DNA of 64,000 bases from contig OU015566.1 of assembly GCA_907165135.1 (NCBI GenBank), positions 12,524,001 through 12,588,000 on the forward strand. The letters run 5' to 3'. The notes beneath the pieces are model-generated. The model searched no databases and was not told the DNA's origin. It was given only the letters and a program-made list of their open reading frames with translations. The translations under genes and the position numbers were made by a program. Positions 61,507 to 64,000 of this stretch are shown here, one piece after another; position 1 is the first letter of the stretch; each line of letters opens with the position of its first letter. The stretch is from Oikopleura dioica (taxonomy: Eukaryota > Animalia > Chordata).

Positions 61507-63407
61507 CTAGCCAAGCTTGGAGAGCACTCGTCGAGAACCAGTCGAAGTTCGTGTCGCTTGTTGAGAGGAGGAAATCGTCAAAGTCTTCATTTTTGCCTCG
61601 AGACCGGTTTCGCCTTTTTTCACTATAAAATAGGACTAGTTGGAGTTGTGATAGAATTATACGGTATAATTTATACCTTGATTTTTTGTCTTCCTCGCGT
61701 TCTCCTTGTTGTCATCAGTCGTTTTTGCAGCCTTCTTTCGGTTTCGCTTCCGTTTTTTCTTTTTGGCTTCGCCAGTATTTGATTGACCAGTTTTAGGCTC
61801 ATCCTTCTTCTTCGAGCTTTTCTTTTGCTTTTTGGGTTTTGCTTGATCCTTCTTTACGGCAGTTTTATCAGGAGCTACTTGTTTTGTTCCTGGATTCTGC
61901 TTCTAAGAATTTCTCCAGAAATTTTTAGAAGTATATAACGAATTTCGTTACCTTTGCATTTGTAACTGACTTTGTCTGGGCATTCTTCTGCATCTTGACG
62001 AATTTCGCGTGGTACCATTGCTTGTACATTTTTCGATAAGGATCGCACTCTGGGGACTCCTTCACCAATCCAGCTTCAAGTCTGAAAAATTTTTTTATGA
62101 ATCAATTATTTTATTTGAGAGCTTACTTTTCTTGATAATCGACAAGTCGAAAAGGTGCATCTTCATACACATCATTTGCAAAGTAAAACCAGTTATTACG
62201 ATCATACTCATCTTCAGAATCCCAGTACTCGTCATCATCATCCTTCTTCTTCGAGCTTTTCTTTTGCTCTTTTGGTTTTCCGTTGTCTTTCTTTGTGGCA
62301 GATTTATCAGAAGCTTTAGCTTGAGTCTAAATGATTTATCAGCAATTTTTTCCTAAATCTTATTTTACCGTAGTCTTTGGAACTATTAGCATCTTGACTG
62401 GATCCGCTTCGTGCCATTGTCGGTATTTTCGAGATTGTTGATAGGAAGCAAAGCCTGGGGAAAATTCAGTCCTTTGGTTGTGACCGATCAATCTCATGTT
62501 CTCAAAGTACATTTGACGATAAGGGTCATGAAGAGGACTCCTAGTCACTTGACCAGATTCAAGCCTAAACCAATTTTTAATAAAATCCTAGATTTCACAA
62601 AAACATACTTCATTTTATAATCGAGCATTCTGTAAGGTAAATTCGCAGTGTAGAACCAGTCATCGTCATAAGAATTTACTTGATTTTGAAAATCCGCTTC
62701 AGCCTTCATCTCGAATGGATTTTCGTTCTTGATCTTCATGTTTAGCCGTGATTCTTTGTTGCTAAAGTTGTATTGTAGCAAATGCGAAAGGCCTAGGGCA
62801 ACTGTTTTCTTTGGCTCATTCATCGGAGGTTTTGTGGCAGTTGTTTTTTCATTCTTCGCTGGGAGGACTTTTGGTTTTCGGGCGCTTCTTTTCGTGTTCT
62901 TGGACGTAGATTTTTTCCCATACTCGACGCCAACACATCTCGCATCCGGATCATCATAAAGTTCTTTTAACTCCTGACATCTCTGACAAAGGTGGTGCGG
63001 ATGAGGCCTTTCTACTTCCTCTTCAGATTCGAGTTCTTCATCAGAGTCCCTTATATCATGCTCACGAAGCATAACAGGAAAGCAGTGAGTACTACACTTT
63101 TGACATTGTTGCCATTTTTTATGAGAGGCATTTCCGGAAAACCAATGCTTTTTGCAGCGATCGCACCAAAATTTGCCAAAAAGCCTTCCTTCATAATCAT
63201 ATTGATACGGCTCAATTGTCGAATGACAATGATAACACTCCTGCTCTTCCGCCTTGTAATTTACATAAATAAATTGATAATAATTAATAATAATAATTGA
63301 CATAATTTTGAGAATTAATAATTTACTTGATGCTTGTCGTTTGACCACTTCGGTTTTATCTTGCAATTTTTATTCTCGCATCGGAAATATCTCGTTATTT
63401 TGCCCAT
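61507..63407 (-). CDS. Tandem 3CxxC zinc-finger protein with a duplicated C-terminal module, paralogue 1
   Basis: MGKITRYFRCENKNC..W..HQ|AEEQECYHC..EPY, GRLFGKFWCDRCKKHWFSGNA..WQQCQKC..FP..PHPHHLCQRC, then two WFY..P(Y/F)R..DY..K|LE.G.V..SP..DPYR.MY repeats. The 3' end is approximate. Confidence 0.8.
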
Positions 63408-63658
63408 GATTTGTTGCTCTGAGTTGGACAACAAGGAAAAATAAAAGAAAATTTTTGATTCATTGATGCTATCTAGAAAAAAGGGGAACGACGCAAGATG
63501 ACAAAGCTTTGATTTGATAATAATCATGCATGGTATTTATTGATGTTTGGCAAATTGCTGTATAAAATCAGTACTGAAATACAGAATAAAAAGTTAGGAC
63601 TAAGATTAAGACATTTATGTGTCGGGCGCATTTGTGCGCCGTCGTTTCACCGAATGGA

Positions 63659-63957
63659 TTAGAGCAATGGTAAAGTTGTTTGCAAATTGCTTGTTGGATG
63701 GTTTCGCTTTTTTGAATTGGTGTTGAACTTTGTTGGCGTGTTGTGGCTTTGCCGACTTCGGTCGGGTTCAGTCTCTCTGTGGGGAGCGACTGATGAGGTC
63801 AGGTGACTCGGCAAGTTGCTTGAAGGATCGCATGCTGAAGGTAACTAGAATTTATGTTAAATAAAGATGCTGGAGAAAATTTCGTACCGTGGCTCCTTGG
63901 TAAGAAAGATTGAAGAAATGATCAGGGCCTGGATCCAAATTGATCGCAGACCCGGGC
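63659..63957 (-). CDS. Probable 3' exons of an unidentified gene entering from the right edge
   Basis: Phase-consistent GT-AG join ..NLDPGPDHFFNLSYQGAT|LPSACDPSSNLPSH..TTLPLL*. No recognisable domain. Confidence 0.35.
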
Positions 63958-64000
63958 CTGAAAAACTCAAGGCCTTGAAAACTGGCAGTTTTGTATTACT

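Overview
Eukaryotic, gene-dense window with very short introns (mostly 35-75 nt) and frequent GA-AG and GC-AG introns. This pattern points to an appendicularian tunicate such as Oikopleura (inference). All gene models were spliced by hand, so exon boundaries are approximate. Left to right: 3' end of a coiled-coil gene, PCBD, a small RING gene, TRRAP, an EGF-repeat/CUB transmembrane protein, a ~11 kb gene-poor region with a hAT MITE, an Ig/FN3 receptor, a secreted C-type lectin/coiled-coil protein with nested MITEs in an intron, two tandem genes that each fuse a non-RD Ser/Thr kinase to a papain-like cysteine protease, two mucin-stalk/lectin-like paralogues plus a remnant, an SLC38 transporter, a candidate neuropeptide precursor, a FASTKD/RAP-like gene split by a full-length intron-containing hAT transposon, and two 3CxxC zinc-finger genes. 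The strongest novelty candidate is the duplicated kinase-papain fusion (38.7-46.3 kb). Several single-base frameshifts fall in homopolymers and may be assembly errors.
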